This document shows positions 1 to 14,952 of a stretch of 64,000 nt of DNA, piece after piece. The position numbers and the translations under genes were made by a program. Numbering within the stretch: the first letter of the stretch is position 1; each line of letters starts with the position of its first letter. Under the pieces are notes generated by a model. The model was not told where the DNA came from. It saw only the letters and a program-made list of their open reading frames with translations, and ran no database searches. The stretch is from Tubiluchus corallicola (Eukaryota; Animalia; Priapulida): contig JAQGDQ010000069.1 of the NCBI GenBank assembly GCA_030141605.1, positions 377,126-441,125 on the forward strand, in the 5' to 3' direction.

Positions 1-576
1 TAACAGATAAGAAACCATAATACAGTACCGCCAATCGCAAACTGTTTAATATCAAACGGATAAATACGAAATGGCAAATAAAATAAACAAGCGTAGAGTA
101 ATTCTATGTCAAGAGCTCAAGACGAGGGCACGTTTGAGTATTTGAAAAGATTCACACTTGAGATAGACAGACAGACAGATAAATCAGACCTATATATTTA
201 TAGGGTAAAGTGGGAAAATTTTAATAATACATGCTGATATAGATGCGTAAAGGTAAGTCATACCTATACGCATAGGTATACTTCTGACAAGCAGAGCAGA
301 AATAACACTGTAGGTTTAATTAAATAATATTTACTCTCATTTGTGATTAATATAGAGGGCCATTAGATTTTTATGATACATTATAAAATGTTAAAAAGTT
401 TTTGCATCAAAGTAATTCAATGCAAAAACGCATCAGCAATAAAAACATGTTGCAGTGAACTTCTAAATGCATTCAAGATAAGAGACATACCAAGGTACAT
501 GCACTCATCCAGGTATGTAAATTTATAAAACATAAAACGACATAAAATAAGTAAACGAACGAACAGGCAAAGTAGT

Positions 577-691
577 ACTTGCAGCACCAATAGTGGTAGA
601 AGTAATAGTAGTGGTAGTGGCAGTGATGGTGGCAGGGGTGGAAGCAACGACAGAAGCAGGAATAGTAGTTGCAGCAGCAGCAGCAGTAATA

Positions 692-755
<64 letters not shown>

Positions 756-825
756 TGGTGGTGGTGGTGGCGGCAGCAGCAGCAGTAGTAATAGTGGTAG
801 TAGTAATGGTAGTGGTAGCAGCAGC

Positions 826-890
<65 letters not shown>

Positions 891-1130
891 AAGTAGTAGT
901 AGTAGTAGCAGCAGCAGCAATAAAAGCAGTAGCAGCAGCAGTAGTAGTAATAGTGGTAGTAATGGCAGCAGCAGCAGCAGCAGTGGCAAGAGCAGCAGCA
1001 GCAGCAGTAAAAGCAGTAGCAGTAGTAGCAGCAGCAGTAAAAGCAGTAGTAGTAGCAGCAGCAGTAATAGTGGTAGTAGTAGCAGCAGCAGCATTAGAAA
1101 CAGTAGTAGCAGCAAGAGCAGCAGCAGCAC
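577..1130. repeat. (AGT/AGC/GGT)n compound trinucleotide microsatellite
   Basis: Direct tandem repeat; it produces the spurious poly-Leu and poly-Val/Ala ORFs. Confidence 0.95.
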
Positions 1131-2063
1131 GTAATTAATTTGCTGAATAAGCAAATGTGCAATGCAAAGGACAAAACATGCAATGGATAACCGTCCGTCA
1201 CAGACAGTTTCAAAAGAATTAGAAAATAAAAATGTTACGTTAATTTATCTAGAGTCATTGCTCAAATGAAATCAGAAGAAGCAAATACATGTAGTCAGTT
1301 TAAACGTCCCACCACGTGGCTTGAGCTTGCCGTCTGTGACGTCTGGTTCTTATTACGTTTCATTGTTTGTTATGAATAAGGATTATTGTAAATAGGCCCA
1401 CCGCTGCCACTACAAGCACAGCTGAATCACACGCTTAAAAGCTACACCAAAGAAAGTTTGAGACCCTGGGAATATTGCATATTATTGATGTCACGTGCTG
1501 CACTCTGGCGGCTGGAGTTGAGGCAATCGCGACAAACAAAGATGTCAAAAGGGAAACGCGCAGGAACAGATGTTGGAAATGTGAGCTGACCATTAGACGC
1601 GAGCGCGACCCCTGGCAGGGAGGAAGTAAGTTGTTGAGCGTAATCCGGGATGAGACTCGTGAGCGTCCTAGTGTCTGGTTACAGAAAGATGTCAAAGAAT
1701 AAAAAATACATGATTCATTGTTAAAAACGCAGAATATAAACCCATGTCTATGAACAAATCGTAACTAACCAAGAGGTACAAAACACTGGATGAGTAAACC
1801 CTTTAATTTTTGGACACTAAGAGCCAGAAACTTGATTCTTAAATTAAACTAGCACTAGCTTGAAAAACCGAATATAGAATATCACAGTATTTAAAGCACA
1901 AGTGGAACCATCTACTAAAATATTATCAAGCCAACAGAAGTTAGTGGATCTTACGTTGAAAGATGTTAATAATGAATAGCTACATTAGCTTAACCAAGAG
2001 TATTTTTCAGTGGTACGGCTTCGTGAAACATCACCATATTGACTGTACCAGTTTTGCTGTATA

Positions 2064-2071
2064 ATAACAAC

Positions 2072-2109
<38 letters not shown>
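2064..2109. repeat. (AAT)n microsatellite
   Basis: Direct inspection. Confidence 0.9.
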
Positions 2110-2809
2110 GTAAATTATTTAAGATTCTAAGTCACGGATAACTCATAATCAGACTTAACTGTCGTTAGTTTTTACATAATATATTTACTAATGCCATTGT
2201 TGGCAAAAATGGATTAATTCCTAGTGAAATGCAGACTTACAAAACAAAATCTTTAACAAATGAAAACAAACACGTATAAAATTTTGAATGTGCCACACAT
2301 TTGAAACAACAACAAGTCAGCCTATATAGTGCCCAGTATTGCTAATAATAATCACGTGGAGATAAACGGATGGCAAAATATAATTTGCGCTTCTTCATTG
2401 ATTTAGTAAAAAAATAAAGACATAAAACCAAAGAATATAGTTAATGCCGAGCATTTTTATAAAAGCTAAAATCACATATTTTATAAACAACAGGCTTGAT
2501 TGATAGTTGTATAATAACTCTCTTAACAAGTCGTTTATATGTCTACAAATACTTAATGCTCAATCCCAATACATACATAAAAAGTGTCTTTTCTCATTTA
2601 TATATCTTCCCATCGACTTTACACATCACCATCAGTAATTTGCATGCAATCAGATTAAGCCCTACGCTTCAAAATTGCAATAGTCATTTTGGATTTCAGT
2701 TAATATGAAAAATGAAAATGCTATAATAGGCGAAATATTTTTATATGATGAAAACTGCGCTGGGCAACGGCTTGGTTCCACTGTATTACATGAAATACAC
2801 AAAACTTAC

Positions 2810-2928
2810 ATTGCATATCCGACACCAACATCATTCTGCTATCCAGTCTTTATGATATGCTGCAACTTTCATCATCATCTCTGTCACCTCTAGCTAATCT
2901 TTCACCGTCGGGTCTTCAGCTGACCCAA
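2810..2928 (-). other. Candidate 5' UTR or first coding exon of a minus-strand gene continuing left of the window
   Basis: On minus: acceptor TTTCTTGTACAG| and donor |GTAAGT. All three frames stop early in the exon; a possible ATG ATG TTG... start lies near its 3' end. Confidence 0.3.
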
Positions 2929-5900
2929 CTGTACAAGAAATTAAAGCAAGTTCGACACCTAACAATACATAGGAAATATCCGACCAGCACAAGGAGACAG
3001 AACACGTTGAGTTTCTACCAAGTTTGCACAACTTTGTGATTAAAAGTCTAGCCTAGCGCACAGATGTGCACTCCACGCTACGTGCGCATGGGGCAGATCT
3101 TTACTCATCAGTGATAATAATCAGGGGGTGCTGATGGAAGCAATGTCAAATCACTCAATAAGTAGATTTTGTTGCCAACACTTAACATTAGTAATACATT
3201 ATCAAACCATATCATAGTGCTCATGTTTTATGCAGATGTCTGTTTTTTATTTTCGCAACTGGGTGTTTATTTATTTTCTTGTTATCTTGGCTGCCACCCT
3301 CGCGGGTGCTGCTGTTAAGTTTCTGTCTTTTGTGAGTCAGGAACGAAAAGCGGCTGGTAACTTGGGTGACCCGGAACTTTTACAAGCAATGGAATTTCAA
3401 TATCACAACCACGTTGTTTAACTGATTATTTTTATCATTGAGTAACGTGTATGGTATCATTAAAATATAGCACTGAATACATACTGAAAGTGCAAAGATT
3501 CAACGAACTTCCTTCTTCTTAGTTGTAAGTTAGCCTATAACTAGATGGTAGGCAAGAACAACGCAGTAGCTTAAGCCAACCTCGGGGACTAGTGACATGA
3601 CGTCAATATCTCTAAAACAAGGCAGATACAATGTTCCGGCTAAATGCTTAAAACCAGTCGGCAACAATTTATAACAACATAAACAACGAAAATGAATTCA
3701 TAACACTGGCATGACGCAACGTGTATTGTACGCCGCTTTTAAAACTTGTCAAACATACGAAAGGGCATTTTGGTGAAATTGGTATTACAGAAATGCAAAT
3801 TATAATTTATAAAATATTTATTATGGCGTTGAAGAAAAAGTTATTCGGAACCTTTCCAATTTACAGGAACTTAAAAATACCCAAGAATATCATAATTTCG
3901 CATCTTAACAGAGCTGTTCCTCTGCTCTAGTCTAGGCAATTAAAAAGTTAGCTTCAAATCATTAGTTTGTATAAACGTAAATCACCAAGACAGGTATCCA
4001 ACTATCTCCGCGGGTGTAATTAGAGTTCCACCATGAATTACAGAATTTAAGAAAGGCACGTACACTTGGTAGTACTCAGTGCCACTGTTTCAATTAGAGT
4101 CTGTACCACTGCCATTTACCCCCAAAATTATGGGTGACTTCACTAAAACTCGTATGCCCAATGGCATGACTAAACGATTGTACCTCGCCAGCCGCTGTTT
4201 ACAGGCTGCCAGGTGTGAATATGCCTTTTTAAATCCAAATAAGCACAGGGCATTCGACAGAGACATGTCCGAAAGTTTAGATTTGCTTTCAACAAGCGTG
4301 AGAACCTTCGAAATCAATGCAAGCGAACAATGAGATGTATGGTTACCCATCCGTGCTATATCAGCTTATAGCACTCAAAAGGAAGTTTTAAACTAAACAA
4401 TCTGATTATACAATGCAATGGGTAAACAGACGAAACAAAAGAACAGGCCATGGTGTATTGAAGAAAGAAAACGGACGTTTTTCCGGATGCGTTTTGAAGT
4501 CATAGCACGTCAAGCGCACAAGTTGAGAAACTATTTTAGTGCATTTAAAGTTCCGGAAAGATATTTTAACAATGCGGACAATTAGAATGTGTATTACGTT
4601 GACTGAATGTGGGCTTTCGACTCTCGTAGGCGGAACACAAAATGCCAAAGATTTTAGCATGACCTAGTGATTTTGATGGCCGATTTCTTGTTTAATGTTA
4701 ATAAACAAAATTAAGAATTTTGAAATCGACATCTAGAATGGTTACGTAGCTACTAGCCAATCCAACTCACATCCAAGCATCCACAATAGTAATACCATAT
4801 AAACACAATTATTTAATTGACAGCCACAAATTTAAATCGTTTGAACCTGAAATAAAGTAGCAAGTACAGTCACAGGTTCCAAATTCCAAAATTAACACTA
4901 TAAAACACGAATTTTGGCTTCCGTTGTAAACCTGGAAAGCCGCAGTAGGCAGCTTTATTAATCTTTAGAGAATATCTAAAGCCCCTAAAATGACAATTAA
5001 CATTTACAAATCCGGAATCTGCTTCTATACACCGTGGCACATCGTAGATGTATAGTTTCCGCACTAACTTTACTGTACTACTATATATTAGTGAGCTAGC
5101 TATAGTTTATACTGTGTAATTTGATACGTAGAAATGTTACGATAATGCTATGATAACTGCACCATATATGTTACGATAATTATTTTTCAAAAATACTTTT
5201 TGTCGTGCCATCATACATTCACGGCGCGTTTACTAAGCAATCCGCTGAAGCCTATAGCAGGCAAGTGTTCGGATAGCAGTTTAATAGGGTTTCCTTTCCA
5301 GTTTTTCTTTGGCTCTAGATTAATCTAATAAAGAGGCACCCAAGTGCCGGTGAACGTGACCTTCGTACCTAATTTTAGTGATCAGTAAAATGAATAGAAA
5401 CAATATTTTACTAATACTATCCAGAACCACAGTGAAACGTAAAGAAAACTTCGCAAGAGGTTGGATGTTTTTATCAAAATGTGAACTGCGCGGAAAAATG
5501 TTGGAATTTTTTTGTTGCCATTGATTTCTACAGTAATTTCATTGACTGTAGACACGCCTCCCAGTTAAGCTTGAAGGACATCGCTTTATCACCCTGTGGC
5601 CACTGGACAGTGGTCAGTACATCTCCCACTGGGACTATCTTGTTACTCCCATTTCCTTCTGCTGCAGCTTATTAAGGAGATAACAAATCAAGCAGTACCG
5701 GTTGGTTCTGTCTTTATCTGCTGATCTTATTAGCTGCAGGTGCTGTACCGTCGTAACTTATAGCATTCCAATACATCAGATAATCATTCGCCGTGTTAAT
5801 TATGCATTAGAAATAATCACATGGATTCATCATAACGTGGAAAACATTTACGCTCACTAGAAGCTGTAATTAAGACACAGAAATGGCAGAATATCGAGAA

Positions 5901-7736
5901 TCTTCAGTGACGTTAATCATATTAACTTATGCACATAGCAGTGCAAAAACATACTTACTGTCACTTACTGTTACTGTTTGTCACTTACTTATAATCACAA
6001 GAAGAAAGTAATAATAAATAAATAAATAAACGGCAAAGGCACAACGAAATCAAAAGTGGCAGAAATTAAAATTTAAAAGATTACTGAGATACATTATCTA
6101 CAGTAATGTATACTGACATTATACTGAGCGTTAGTATGGATACGGTAATGAAACTGTATGGTCCAATTGTGCAATACATGTATGTATCATTAATGAAGCA
6201 AATGAGTAACCGAGCAAATGAATAAATTAATATTGAATAAACACAGTCAACAAAATGACAAACAAAATACATTAAAAACAGGCCAAAAAGAAAATTTCTT
6301 ACAAAGTTGAATACACATACAAAAAATGAAAGAAATTATTCCACAAAATTTTAAATTGCATTAAACTGAAAGTTTCCGTTTGAATTTAAACATCAACGAT
6401 AATACTGAAGAGTGCAATTCCTACCTTTCACTATGTCCATTACTCGATTCATATTCTAATGCTACTAAATGATTTCCATTAATTGATGTATTTGATTTTT
6501 GAGCACACTTATTTCAAATGAGCATAAGAACGAGGACCACGTATAGCACATAGCCCAAGTTTCCTGCAAGTCAGGAAAGATCCGAGTTCCTCTTCCGGCT
6601 CTCTTTCAGAGAACTGGACTTCTCCTGAACTAGGATAGGATCAAACGAGATAATCTTAGCTCAAAGTGCGAACAGCCCAGAATAATTATAGCCCACACTG
6701 ATCAGGTTCTAAACAGGTATAGGATAGATAATGTTCTTGAGGACAATAAGCCAAAATCTGACCAATGCCATTTGCATTGTAACATTTCCTGTTGTCTGTC
6801 TACTTGATGATTGAATGGACGTGCTGAGAGTAATTAGCGTAGCAATCAAAGCAGTTAATGACGATGTGAGAAGAGCAATTATGATACCAGTTTTAATAAT
6901 TGCCAGGCTTGAGCAGTCGATAAAGTATCATAACTTACCTAAGAAATATTACATAGGAAATAAAAAACCATGTAACTTTTCAATCAATCTATTTCATAAA
7001 ATATAATGTCACATAGCAGTTACTCTGGGGTAACGTTGACGCAAATGTAGTAATTAAAAACATACTTTTTTCTCAAAATTAATATCATTGTATTGAATCT
7101 TGAAAAATTCATCAGGGGAACTGGCTAGGCTATGTTTCAATATTCAGTTACTGTAAGTAATTCTTTAAATAAAACATTCGCCATCCACTTAACAAAATGG
7201 CAAATTCTCTATTTTATCTCATAAAAAATCTCCAAAAATCCCAAAACACGAGAAAACCGCTAGTAAAACTAAGACAGGGCAAGCTCCAATAAGAAATTAA
7301 TATTTTATAAATGATAATAACTGTAGACAGCTTATGAACAGCCACCTAAAAAACTGTACGCCTACTAGCAAAATGTACAGAACCGCAAATTTAGCAGTAA
7401 CAAAACAGGAGCTAAAGTGCAGCGACGAACTTGCGTTTCCGTTTCTGTTGCTCTTTCCTTCTATGGTTTGTATGAACGTAGCCGAAGTGCTAATATTATT
7501 CGCGAATGAGTTCGCCTGCTATTTTTATGACTAATGTAACATGATTTATGACCAAATCTTTGTGTAACCACACCCGACAGTTAAAATGTTTTATAAAAAC
7601 ATCAAAGAGTTGTAAATTCCTTTGTGCGGGTCGCAACGTTCTGGCTTCATTTCGGCCATATAATCATAGAACGGCTTCTCAAGGGGCGATAAGCTCATAA
7701 TTATCAGAAACCTAAAAAAATAGTAACTAAGCCGCG

Positions 7737-7860
7737 CGGGGTCGGATTTACCTAGTTGTGGACCGTGGGGTCCAAAAATTGATGGGGCATGTTTCAGTAT
7801 CCAATATATATATACCCGTGGGTCTTATGCCGATACCCTATATTGATAAATCCGGCCCTG
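7737..7860. mobile_element. Short hAT-like MITE
   Basis: Terminal inverted repeats CGGGGTCGGATTTA / TAAATCCGGCCCTG (12/14 match); 8-bp flanks are only partly similar. Confidence 0.6.
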
Positions 7861-8159
7861 GAGCCTGAGCGCAGCTTCTTCACTTGTTCAACTTATACAA
7901 ATGCCGTAAATGTGACATCTATGGATGCGACACAGCACAGGCAGGGTTTTCTGTTGTGGGTTCGGATGAATATCCTACATTCTCCATGTAGAACGATGTG
8001 ATTAGCCAGAGGCAGGATGACAGATGAAACTACCAAAAAAAATTTCCGGGTGTCACCTATCCATTTACCAACCAGGCGTTGCATTGAGCACATACCGAGA
8101 CGACTTTTGCCCAACGCAGGCATCACTGCACTACCTTGTCTCCTCACTTCCAATAATTA

Positions 8160-8625
8160 ATTTACCTTTCCGTAGGTTACCTTACCTTACCTTATCTTGC
8201 CTTGCCTTTCCTTACTTTACTTTACTTTACTTTACTTTACTTTACTTTACTTTACTTTACTTTACTTTACTTTACTTTACTTTACTTTACTTTACTTTAC
8301 TTTACTTTACTTTACTTTACCTTATCTTACCTTTTTTTTCCTTTCCTTCCCTACCTTACCTTATCTTACTTAACCTTAACTCAGCTTTCCTGTCCTTGCC
8401 TTACCTTGCCTTACCTTACCCTACTTTACCTTACCTTACCTTACTTTACCTTACCTTACCTTACCTTACCTTACCTTACCTTACCTTACCTTACCTTACC
8501 ATACCTTACCTTTGCATTACTTTACCTTACCCTGTCTTACCATACTTTATCTTACCTTACTTTACCTTACCTTACCATTACTGTGCCTTACCTTATCTTA
8601 TCTTACCTTACCTTACCTTACCATA
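8160..8625. repeat. (CTTAC/CTTTA)n pentanucleotide microsatellite
   Basis: Direct tandem repeat; explains the LYFTL/LPYLT ORFs. Confidence 0.95.
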
Positions 8626-9669
8626 CGTTGCCTCACCTCAGCTGCTGATGTCTTTAAAGTTGCAGTGACATTTTCAGAATTTTGCCAGGAAGTTTCGGCG
8701 ATGGCTATTTGGCAGGAAGAAATGAGTGAGTTTCGTATCTAAGTTCTGCACGCAAGAAAACGACTGCTTTACAAAATTGTAATGAATATTGTGGAAATTT
8801 CAATTTAAAGAGCAGCTGTTGCGATTGCAAATCGCAGACTAATAATTCAAGCCCGTAAAAAATCAGACATTTTTACCATCCGAGTTAACACAAAACCACA
8901 AAGGAACATAAACGTTGAATTACATCGACTACGCCCTGCCACGCTGGACAGGTTGCTGCGCCCGAGGACAGGGAAAGAGTTAAGAGATCATACTAAACAG
9001 ATTAAGCCGCTTTCCGACAAGGACTTGCGACTGCAATTGAAATATGACAGCATAAATTCTGGCCCAGACGTTCGAGATGAGGTGCATCGGGTCGTGGTGG
9101 CACCACAAGAAAAGTTGCATTTGGCTACCCTAACACCTATCGATAACATGCTCAACCTAGTGTATATTTTGGAGAATCAGCAGGCACACAGATCGTTCTA
9201 TTTCTGACAGGATTGCGAAAATCTTATTCCTTCGTGCTAATCATCAAACTTGAAAATATTTAAAACTGAATTGTGCGGTACTGAATGACTTTTTCAACAG
9301 CAGGTGTGAGAGAAATTACATTAACTCAACGAGCAATTATGAGTCATTGAAGATTCGCCCTATATAAACCAAAGTATTATGTCGTCATTATGGACACACC
9401 GGCGAAAGATCCACAGCAGCTATAAAACATTAAAACGAAAAGTAATTGTATACGGGAACAATATGGACGCCTGAGAGGATGTGATAGTATCACCGTATCA
9501 CGCCCAAGCATGTTAAGGTGCGCCGATTACTTGATTACAATGGCATCAACAACCTTGGGTTATTCCAGCTTGCTGCCCCTGACCAAACTGAGAGGCTGCC
9601 TCGATTATCACATGGTGTAGTTCTGTATAGCACTACCACGTATGCTAATCTGTCACAGAGGGCCTTAGA

Positions 9670-9810
9670 GGCAAGAGAGAGACAAAGAGAGAGAGAGAGA
9701 GAAAGAGAAGCGAGAGGGAAGTGAGACTGTGAGAAAGAGGGAGAAAAAAGGAGAAAGAGAAATGATGATGTCGACGGCGATGACGACGACGATGATGATT
9801 ATGACGATAA
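9670..9810. repeat. GA-rich plus (GAT/GAC)n simple repeat
   Basis: Direct inspection. Confidence 0.7.
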
Positions 9811-12231
9811 CTCGTTCTATTTACAGACAATATGTAACAGTATAAAACTTAAAAAATAATTATAACTGTAACAAGATTAAGAAATTGGTAACTTACACAA
9901 ATGCATATTACACAGTATACACACTAACACAAAATAACAAAAGCAGTTGTACAAAAGTATATACAAAAACTCCAATCAAGAACCATTTTGTATAATTAAC
10001 TTCAGTCCACAAAGTAAAAACTTTTGAAATTTGATGGTAGTTGATGTCATTTCCGTCAGAACGAGCAGTACTTCCGGTTGCTAACTTCCATTGTACAATA
10101 ATAATGAGCTACCGGAAAAATGCATTGCTACCACGCGGAGTTATTACCAGCCAATAAAACTATAATCATTTTTGTAAAACAACACATAATGTGTACGAAG
10201 TTCCGCCTAAAATACCAAACATTTCTTACGAGGGTTGGCCTAAGGTTAAAGTCAACGTTACTAACTCCATTACTAGATCATAAAACAATACGTATGTCCA
10301 CAAAAACCTAATACGGCGCCTAATAAAACTGTAGAAGCCAGATAACGATTAATGCCAGAGAAAGATTGTGGCAACCCAGCATATTTCGAAGTTTCAAGTC
10401 ACCCAGTCCTAGAACAGCCACCGTTTATGGAAAGGAATGGCTTGCGCGGCAGCAAATAATTTAGATAAGACATTCTTAGATAAGCTGAGTTAGTTAATAC
10501 CGACCTGTCTGGTAATGTAGGACCCTGGGACCTCGTAATAAATAGAAGTTTATCTAGCAGCAGTTGACTACCGAGTGGATGATTACAGGAGTATTTTAAT
10601 TAAATGAAAAGCGCCGCTTATTGACTTACCGGATGAAGACCGCCTTATTTTCGTTATAAATTTATGAAAGATATACGCCACAGCTTTTCTGGTATGCATA
10701 ATCATTTGAGGAAAAACCATTAAAACAGTTTTATATCGTATCACGGTATCATATTATAATGTAATAAGCGCAATCAAAATCCTTAAATGCTTTATCTGGT
10801 AGATCTACGTTATTTTGAAAGTTCAAAAGAAAAGTACTTTATGAAGTTTAAGTATACTGAATTGCCTAATGTAGAAAAAATGCTTACTAGGACTACTTAA
10901 CAGACATTTATATAATGGGTATCTTAAAGGCATTACATGTATCAGTTTTTTTAAAGGAAAAGAAAAATACTGAGATTAAGTATAAAAAAGGAAAAATTTT
11001 GAGGATCCCTTAAATTTTATTTCCTTTAATAATAGTAGACAGACAGAAATCATTAACAAAGTAGACACTTTTGAAACATCCGGTATTGTTACTTGAATTT
11101 AATTAAAGTATTATTAATTATACACAAGATAGTCAAAAATAGAAGTAGTAAAAATAACAGTATTTCACCTGCGTGAACTGGAAAAGAAGAGTACGTCCTT
11201 TTTAAGGTAATATGACAATAAGTTTTCAAATTTAAATGTTTTCCACTCAAAAGCTTTAATAACAGTCTTCACTGTTTGTATCACTGAAGAGCAGACAGCC
11301 ATAATTTCTCTTACAATTGATAATAGAATCACATCACCATAGGAGCGTAAAATTAATTTATTAAAATACACGTAACACTTTTTGAAAGTTTGCAGGCGCC
11401 ATATTTCCAGCACAGTCAATAAAATTATTCACAATGATTACTGGAAAGCTAGCCAGATGGTGTAAAATTAAAATATTTATAGGTTATTTTTTTTAAATTT
11501 AAAATTAATAAAGTCGATAATTATCAGTGAAATCATCCTGATAAACCAACAATGATGACCATTAAAAGGAGCAGGAAAGTTTATAACTCATTAGGAAGCA
11601 ATAAATCACAATAAGTCTAACTACAGTCCGGAATATATTAATTACAAGCCGCGTACAGATAACAAACTCTGTCCTTGCCTAATCTCATAATCCACGTATT
11701 ATCAGCGGATTAAACTCATCCATTGCCACATTATCCGGCGATTATCTCGCCGTCGTTAATTACTGCATTGTGATTGGTTAATAAAGCGACGGTGCACCAC
11801 GCAATCATTGAATTCGCAAAGATAGGAAGTAGAGCGAAAGTGCCAAGCAAGAGTACAGGTGGGCAGTGGGCACGAGGTTTAAGATTCACCTTGAATTGTC
11901 TCTAAAGGAATTTTTTAGGAAAATAAAGAAATCATTGTTGAGCCTCCAGGATGATCATTAATCATCAATCAGCAGAGCAAAGAGGTTCACCGAGGGGCTT
12001 CAGGTTCTCAAACCCATGTACTATAACCTGTGAAATTGCACCTATGGCGTGCGTAATTATAATGTTAAAGTTTTTCCGGTCTGTGATTCCCATTTTAAAG
12101 ACACACTAGTTTCTGTTAGTTGAATAATTACTTTAATAGATGCCGACACCGACAATAGTGCCCGTGATATAGTGCGTTGCACATAATTTGGCGTCGTCTG
12201 ATGACAAGAAACTTTCGTGAGTTCGTGTTTC

Positions 12232-12820
12232 TTAAAGGAAAACAGTATGGTTTTTCATATCCTACCCTATCTTGAGGTACGGCAAAAGGTATAAATTTTA
12301 AAACCTATAAGAATGCCAAAACATATTTGGTAATTAAATAATAGGTTAAAAACTTAACGACATGCGAGCCCAACTAGAGATGACATCACAACTGAATATA
12401 ACTTTCAACAGCACAGACATCCCACGAGCGTGTTGCACGTATTTGCAAAGGTGAATAACAGTACTGCAGTACAACCACTCAGGGTAATATACAAAAACTC
12501 AGCATATTTTAAGTCTAAAAGTCTAACTTCAAGTTTACAATTGTGCTCACGCAACAGCTCTCGAACGTGTGCGCTACGTCACAACTGAACACCTCCGAAC
12601 TGAAGGGTCAACACCTGTTTTTCTGCAACACGTTTACGGTATTCAGGCGCTAGTGCCCAATTAACTAGCGGGTGGCGAAGTATATGTAACAGCAGAGAAC
12701 TAGCCGCGTCGACACCGCGATATTACCATGTTCTGGAAATAGTTCTTTCACGCAAGTCTGAAAAATAGTATGTTCAATTTCAACCGTTTACAGGGTAGAT
12801 TATTTTAAGCCATAGTTTAA
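12232..12820. mobile_element. Degenerate TTAA-flanked non-autonomous DNA transposon (Kolobok-like)
   Basis: Left end TTAAAGGAAAACAGTATGGTTTTTCATATCCTACCCT; the right end AGGGTAGATTATTTTAAGCCATAGTTTAA is partly inverted-complementary to it. Confidence 0.3.
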
Positions 12821-14464
12821 GATGAGGTCTGATTTTCTTTCAAATTACATAAAAGCGATTTGCATTAAATTGCACTGCCAATCTTAATTTTGGGCTTTAC
12901 CTTGTCCTGCTGCTTTTCATGACGTTTTTGCTCCCCCTGCATGAGCTTTATTAGACTCTCGTCACGTTTTCAATTATACATTAATCGCTGTGACCGCTTT
13001 GCCTTACACTTTGAAGTATATACTGTTTGACCTATGGTACATGTTTTTTGCCATTTTGGAATTTAATCGACAAAATTAATGACCTAGGTCTGGGGGCTAG
13101 TTACGTGTGAGCATACGGGTGTCACCTCTTTGGACACTTTCCTTTAGTTGGAGAAGGCAACAATTGCAAGGGAAGAGAAAAAGGGAATAATTAGAAGAGG
13201 AAAGATATTCAAGCCGTGTCTACCTAGCTGTAAAGGTATTGTAAGTATTCAAGTAGCCCGTCTGCATAACTGGTGATGACGGTTTTATGTTTTGTACGCT
13301 CCGTCGACCTCGGAAGTTGTACTGAGCATAAATCACATTTTACTAACAGCTAAATGACAGAAAAGACGATAAACACCCAAAACACTCCTGCTTGCGAAAC
13401 TTTCGGTATTTGTCTGTCTATAAAAAAGCGGAAGTGATGCTAGTAAACTTCCGGTGTTCGAATAGTACCTCATAATGAACCCTATGTCTTTATCTGAATT
13501 CAACTGCTATTGCTTGTGATGGAGATGCAATCATGCACGGTTATTTTATTTTGTAAAATACTTGTACATATACAGTAGCTGTAGGATATATCATTGTGGT
13601 TGGCGGGATACAAATTTTCATAAGCTTTTAGTGCAAATGCTGCCTATGTAAGTCTTAGAGACTCTAGAAGAGGGAGAGTCTCTGATCAAGTCTAGTTCTG
13701 TCATAAAGACGAACTTTTTCTCTAATTCCTTCACTTCCCATCACAGGCTTATTTTCAACGCAGGACGGTAAAAAGAAACCACAAGGAAACAAAAACTTAT
13801 TTTCCGCGGCTGGGTTGCTCGTTTTACATGAAACTCGTTTTTCACAAATCTAAAACTTTATCCATTTCTGATGTAAATATATTTTTTAAAAATGTTCGCA
13901 TGCATTTTCGAGCCGTTACAGCTATAACGAAGCAAGACTTTAGATATCGTATGTTACTGAGTTATTTGAATTTGAATTTGGGGAAACTGAATCATCTATT
14001 TGACTTAGAAAGATATCATAGGTCTGAGTATATATTGCACCTGCTTCATACAAATGGCTGACTCCAGCTGGTTTGACTTTTTATAAGGAATCTTAGCAAC
14101 GTTCCCCCAGGCTCTGACGCTTCTTCAAAATCCTTTCTATCCGGCGTCTCGTGAAAAATGCGAAGAAAAACTATTTGTTGAACTTTCCAACTTTTAGTGC
14201 AAATTAGAAGAAACTTTAAAAATAAGTTGTTTCGGTGAGGAGCAGGGGGTCTGCTGCTTTCCCAGGAAGATTTTACTGTCAACGGGTTAAAGAATAAAAG
14301 GAAGTTTTGTCAAAAAATTTAGTAATTATGGGTACGTGGGTAATTTGCGTCTTTGCGTTTTCAAAGCGATGAACTGTAAGCGACTTGTTGCGTTTATTAC
14401 CTTGTTTCAAACAAATCTGTTAAAGCAGTGGCTCCCACGTCTCTAATTGACTAATTTAATAATT

Positions 14465-14952
14465 TGACTGAACAGGTGAGTGACTAACTGGCTTGCTGAC
14501 TTGAAACTTACAAACGTCAGGCCAAATGAGTGTAGCAAAGTGAGTCATTGCCTGCCTGCATCTCTGGCTGCTGGCTGACTGAGTGACTGACTGAGTAACA
14601 GACAGACAGGCAGACAGACAGACTCATTAACCGACTGACTTACTGACCTTTTAATTTGCTGACTGTTACTGTTTAATTAAAACAAAGATGCAAGGGAGTT
14701 TGTTTAATTAGTTGTCTGACTAACAAGATACACTTGACTGGCATATATTAACATACCCTGTTGTTTGGTAAACGGTTAAATGTTACCGTGGCCATCAGTA
14801 ACCATTTAGTTTAGTTTGTAAGCTTTGGGTTTTTTATTGGGTAGGTGGCTGATTGACTGGTCCATATTGGCTCGTTAACTGCATGAGTTTAGCTTTGGAT
14901 AGGTGGCTGACTGAGTGGTCCATATTGGCTCGTTAGTTGCAAGACTTTAGCG
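14465..14952. repeat. Degenerate (ACTG/ACAG)n tract followed by a ~58-bp tandem duplication
   Basis: GACTGACT runs at 14465-14665; two copies of TAGGTGGCTGA.TGA.TGGTCCATATTGGCTCGTTA at about 14842 and 14900. Confidence 0.7.

Noticed and set aside
417-1154. 245-aa poly-Leu and 181-aa poly-Val/Ala ORFs
   Set aside because: Translations of a trinucleotide microsatellite.
8024-8742. LYFTL/LPYLT repeat ORFs
   Set aside because: Pentanucleotide microsatellite with no coding signal.
8953-9207. 84-aa ORF, possible transposon remnant
   Set aside because: Non-ATG start, no recognisable motif or splice context.
10951-11029. TTAAAGGAAA...TTTCCTTTAA mini inverted repeat
   Set aside because: Short and very AT-rich; could easily arise by chance.
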